Positions 61,993-64,000 of a DNA stretch of 64,000 bases are shown piece by piece; positions within the stretch are counted from its first letter, which is position 1; the number at the start of each line of letters is the position of its first letter. A program made the position numbers and the translations under genes. The notes beneath the pieces are model-generated. The model saw only the letters and a list, made by a program, of their open reading frames with translations, had not been told where the DNA came from and made no database searches. This DNA comes from an uncultured Verrucomicrobiae bacterium (GTDB lineage Bacteria; Verrucomicrobiota; Verrucomicrobiia; Palsa-1439). Where the stretch lies: contig CAWEWF010000005.1 of NCBI GenBank assembly GCA_963812605.1, positions 352,001 through 416,000 of the forward strand, read 5' to 3'.

Positions 61993-62577
61993 ATGCCCAA
62001 CCACACGACAATTGACGAAAAGAAGATTCGCGAAGCGGTGCGTCTGTTGCTGGAAGGTATCGGCGAAGACCCAAACCGCGACGGTTTGCGCGAGACGCCG
62101 GACCGTGTCGCGCGCATGTACGGCGAGATCTTTGGGCAGGGGGAACAGGATCCACACGTCGCCCTCAGTAAGAAGTTCGATGAGCATCACCACGAAATCG
62201 TGCTCGTCAAGGACATCACGTTTTTCTCGATGTGCGAGCATCATCTGATGCCGTTTTTCGGCAAGGCGCATATCGCCTACATCCCCAATGGTTATATCGT
62301 CGGGATCTCCAAGCTGGCGCGGGTGGTCGAAGCCTTCGCCCGCCGTCCGCAAGTGCAGGAGCGCATGACCAGCCAGATCGCCGACATGATCAATCACGAA
62401 CTCAAGGCCGATGGCGTGGCGGTCGTCTGTGAGGCCGTGCACACCTGTATGACGATGCGCGGCGTGAAAAAGCCCGGCGCGTCGGTCATCACTTCCGCGA
62501 TGCGCGGCGCGTTCGAAAAGAACGTCACCAGCCGCACGGAACTGATGGCGCTGATCTACGGCAAGTCGAACGGCTGA
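61993..62577 (+). CDS. folE: GTP cyclohydrolase I
   Basis: ETPDRVA, CEHH, GISKLAR, QVQERMT, HTCM.MRG. Confidence 0.96.
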   Translation: MPNHTTIDEKKIREAVRLLLEGIGEDPNRDGLRETPDRVARMYGEIFGQGEQDPHVALSKKFDEHHHEIVLVKDITFFSMCEHHLMPFFGKAHIAYIPNGYIVGISKLARVVEAFARRPQVQERMTSQIADMINHELKADGVAVVCEAVHTCMTMRGVKKPGASVITSAMRGAFEKNVTSRTELMALIYGKSNG

Positions 62578-63957
62578 TGAAGACGGTTTACATCAAGACC
62601 TACGGCTGCCAGATGAACGAGCGCGACAGCGAAGCCGTGGCCGCGATGCTGCGCGCGCGCGGCTACGCCATCAGTCCCTCCGAGCGCGAGGCCGATGTGA
62701 TCCTGCTCAACACCTGCAGCGTGCGCGACCTCGCCGAGCAAAAGGCCATCGGTAAAATGACCGCGCTCGCGCATCTCAAGCGCCGCAAGCCGGACCTCGT
62801 CCTGGGCTACCTCGGCTGCATGGCCCAAAGCCGCGGCGGCGCGCTCGCCGAGAAACAGCCCGCGGTGGATCTGGTCGTAGGCACCCAGCGGTTTCATCAC
62901 GTCCCCGATTATCTCGATCAGATTTTTACGCATCGCCGCGCGGAGGCGGATTCGTATGACGAAGAGCTGAAGGCCATCGTGGACGTGGCGGAAGAACCGG
63001 GTAGCGAATCCACCATCAAGGACCACGTCCTCTGCGCGAACGGCAATGGCCAGGTCACCGCATTCGTCAGCATCATGCAAGGCTGTGACATGTACTGCTC
63101 GTTTTGTATCGTGCCCTATACGCGCGGCAGTGAACGGAGCCGGCCCATTGCGGAAATCGTCGAGGAAGTCCGGCATCTCGTCGGCCAGGGCGTAAAGGAA
63201 GTAACTTTGCTGGGCCAGATCGTGACCAGCTACGGACGCAAAGACATTCACAAGAAAGACGGCAAATCCGCCTTCGTCCAACTCCTCGAAGCCGTGCACG
63301 AGGTGAAGGGGCTGGAACGCATTCGTTTTACGTCGCCGCATCCGAAAGGTTTCGGTGACGATCTCGTCGAGGCCTATCGCGATTTGCCGAAGCTCTGCGA
63401 GCACGCGCACCTGCCCGTGCAGAGCGGCTCGAACCGGCTGCTGAAGGCCATGAATCGCGGGTACAGCCGCGAGTGGTATTTGCGTATCCTCGACAAACTT
63501 CGCGAGGCGCAACCCGATATCGCGATCAGCACCGACGTCATCGTGGGCTTTCCTGGCGAAACCGAGGAGGACTTCGAGCAAACCGTGTCGCTCATGCGCG
63601 CGGTGGAATTCGACCAGGCCTACATCTTCAAGTACTCGCCGCGTCGCGACACGCCCGCCGCCGAGTTGCCCGGCCAACTCAGCGACGAGGAGAAGGAACG
63701 GACGCAATCAGATCGTGCTGGAAATCCTCAACGAACGCATGGCGCGCAAGAACCAGGAACTCGTCGGCCAGACCGTTGAAATCCTCGTCGAAGGCCGCAG
63801 CGAGAAGGCCGGCAAACGCATGTTCGGTCGCACGCGCACCAACAAGATCGTGCTTTTTGACGGCGACGAGCGTCACCAGGGCGAATTGTTGCCGGTGCGC
63901 ATCGAGCGCGCCACAACCATCACCCTTTACGGCGACCCAGCCATCCACAATCTATGA
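62577..63957 (+). CDS. miaB: tRNA-2-methylthio-N6-dimethylallyladenosine synthase (frameshift near 63700)
   Basis: GCQMN, NTCSVR, GCMAQ, CDMYCSFC, IVGFPGET; TRAM domain in the second frame. Confidence 0.93.
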
Positions 63958-64000
63958 CACGACTAGCCATTACTTCGACCATCATCGGCGCCGTCATCAT

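Noticed and set aside
26920-63710. Programmed frameshifts or true pseudogenes in the second activator, GT87, U32, pAgo, murJ, waaF and miaB
   Set aside because: Isolated one-base indels without slippery sites, including in essential murJ; typical of long-read consensus error

Overview
Bacterial chromosomal window of high GC, probably PVC superphylum/Verrucomicrobiota (inferred from PEP-CTERM proteins, A|FTLVE pilins and a TMTC-like TPR protein). Housekeeping genes include beta-oxidation fadI/fadJ, tadA, ygfZ, a cyclophilin, a CCA-adding enzyme, a U32/RlhA-like protein, rpsU (missed by the ORF track), uvrC, murJ, waaF, lpxK, rnr, folE and miaB. A type IVa pilus locus (14.2-26 kb) has four sigma54-type promoters and is associated with two sigma54 activators. 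An indel-ridden ECF sigma/anti-sigma stress island occupies 32-39 kb, followed by an intact IS1182. A short prokaryotic Argonaute/TIR-APAZ (SPARTA-type) defence operon lies at 47.0-49.9 kb. The least explained signal is a non-coding element in three copies (about 31.4-32.0, 38.9-39.1 and 45.85-46.4 kb). Each copy has a sigma70 promoter, a boxA-like motif, REP-like hairpins and a TTTCTGCGAAACGAACC core. Copies 1 and 3 also have a long inverted-repeat stem with compensatory changes, and each lies beside a defence gene or remnant. Single-base frameshifts in several essential genes point to long-read consensus errors, so split genes are not assumed to be true pseudogenes. All calls come from reading the sequence by eye; no searches were run.
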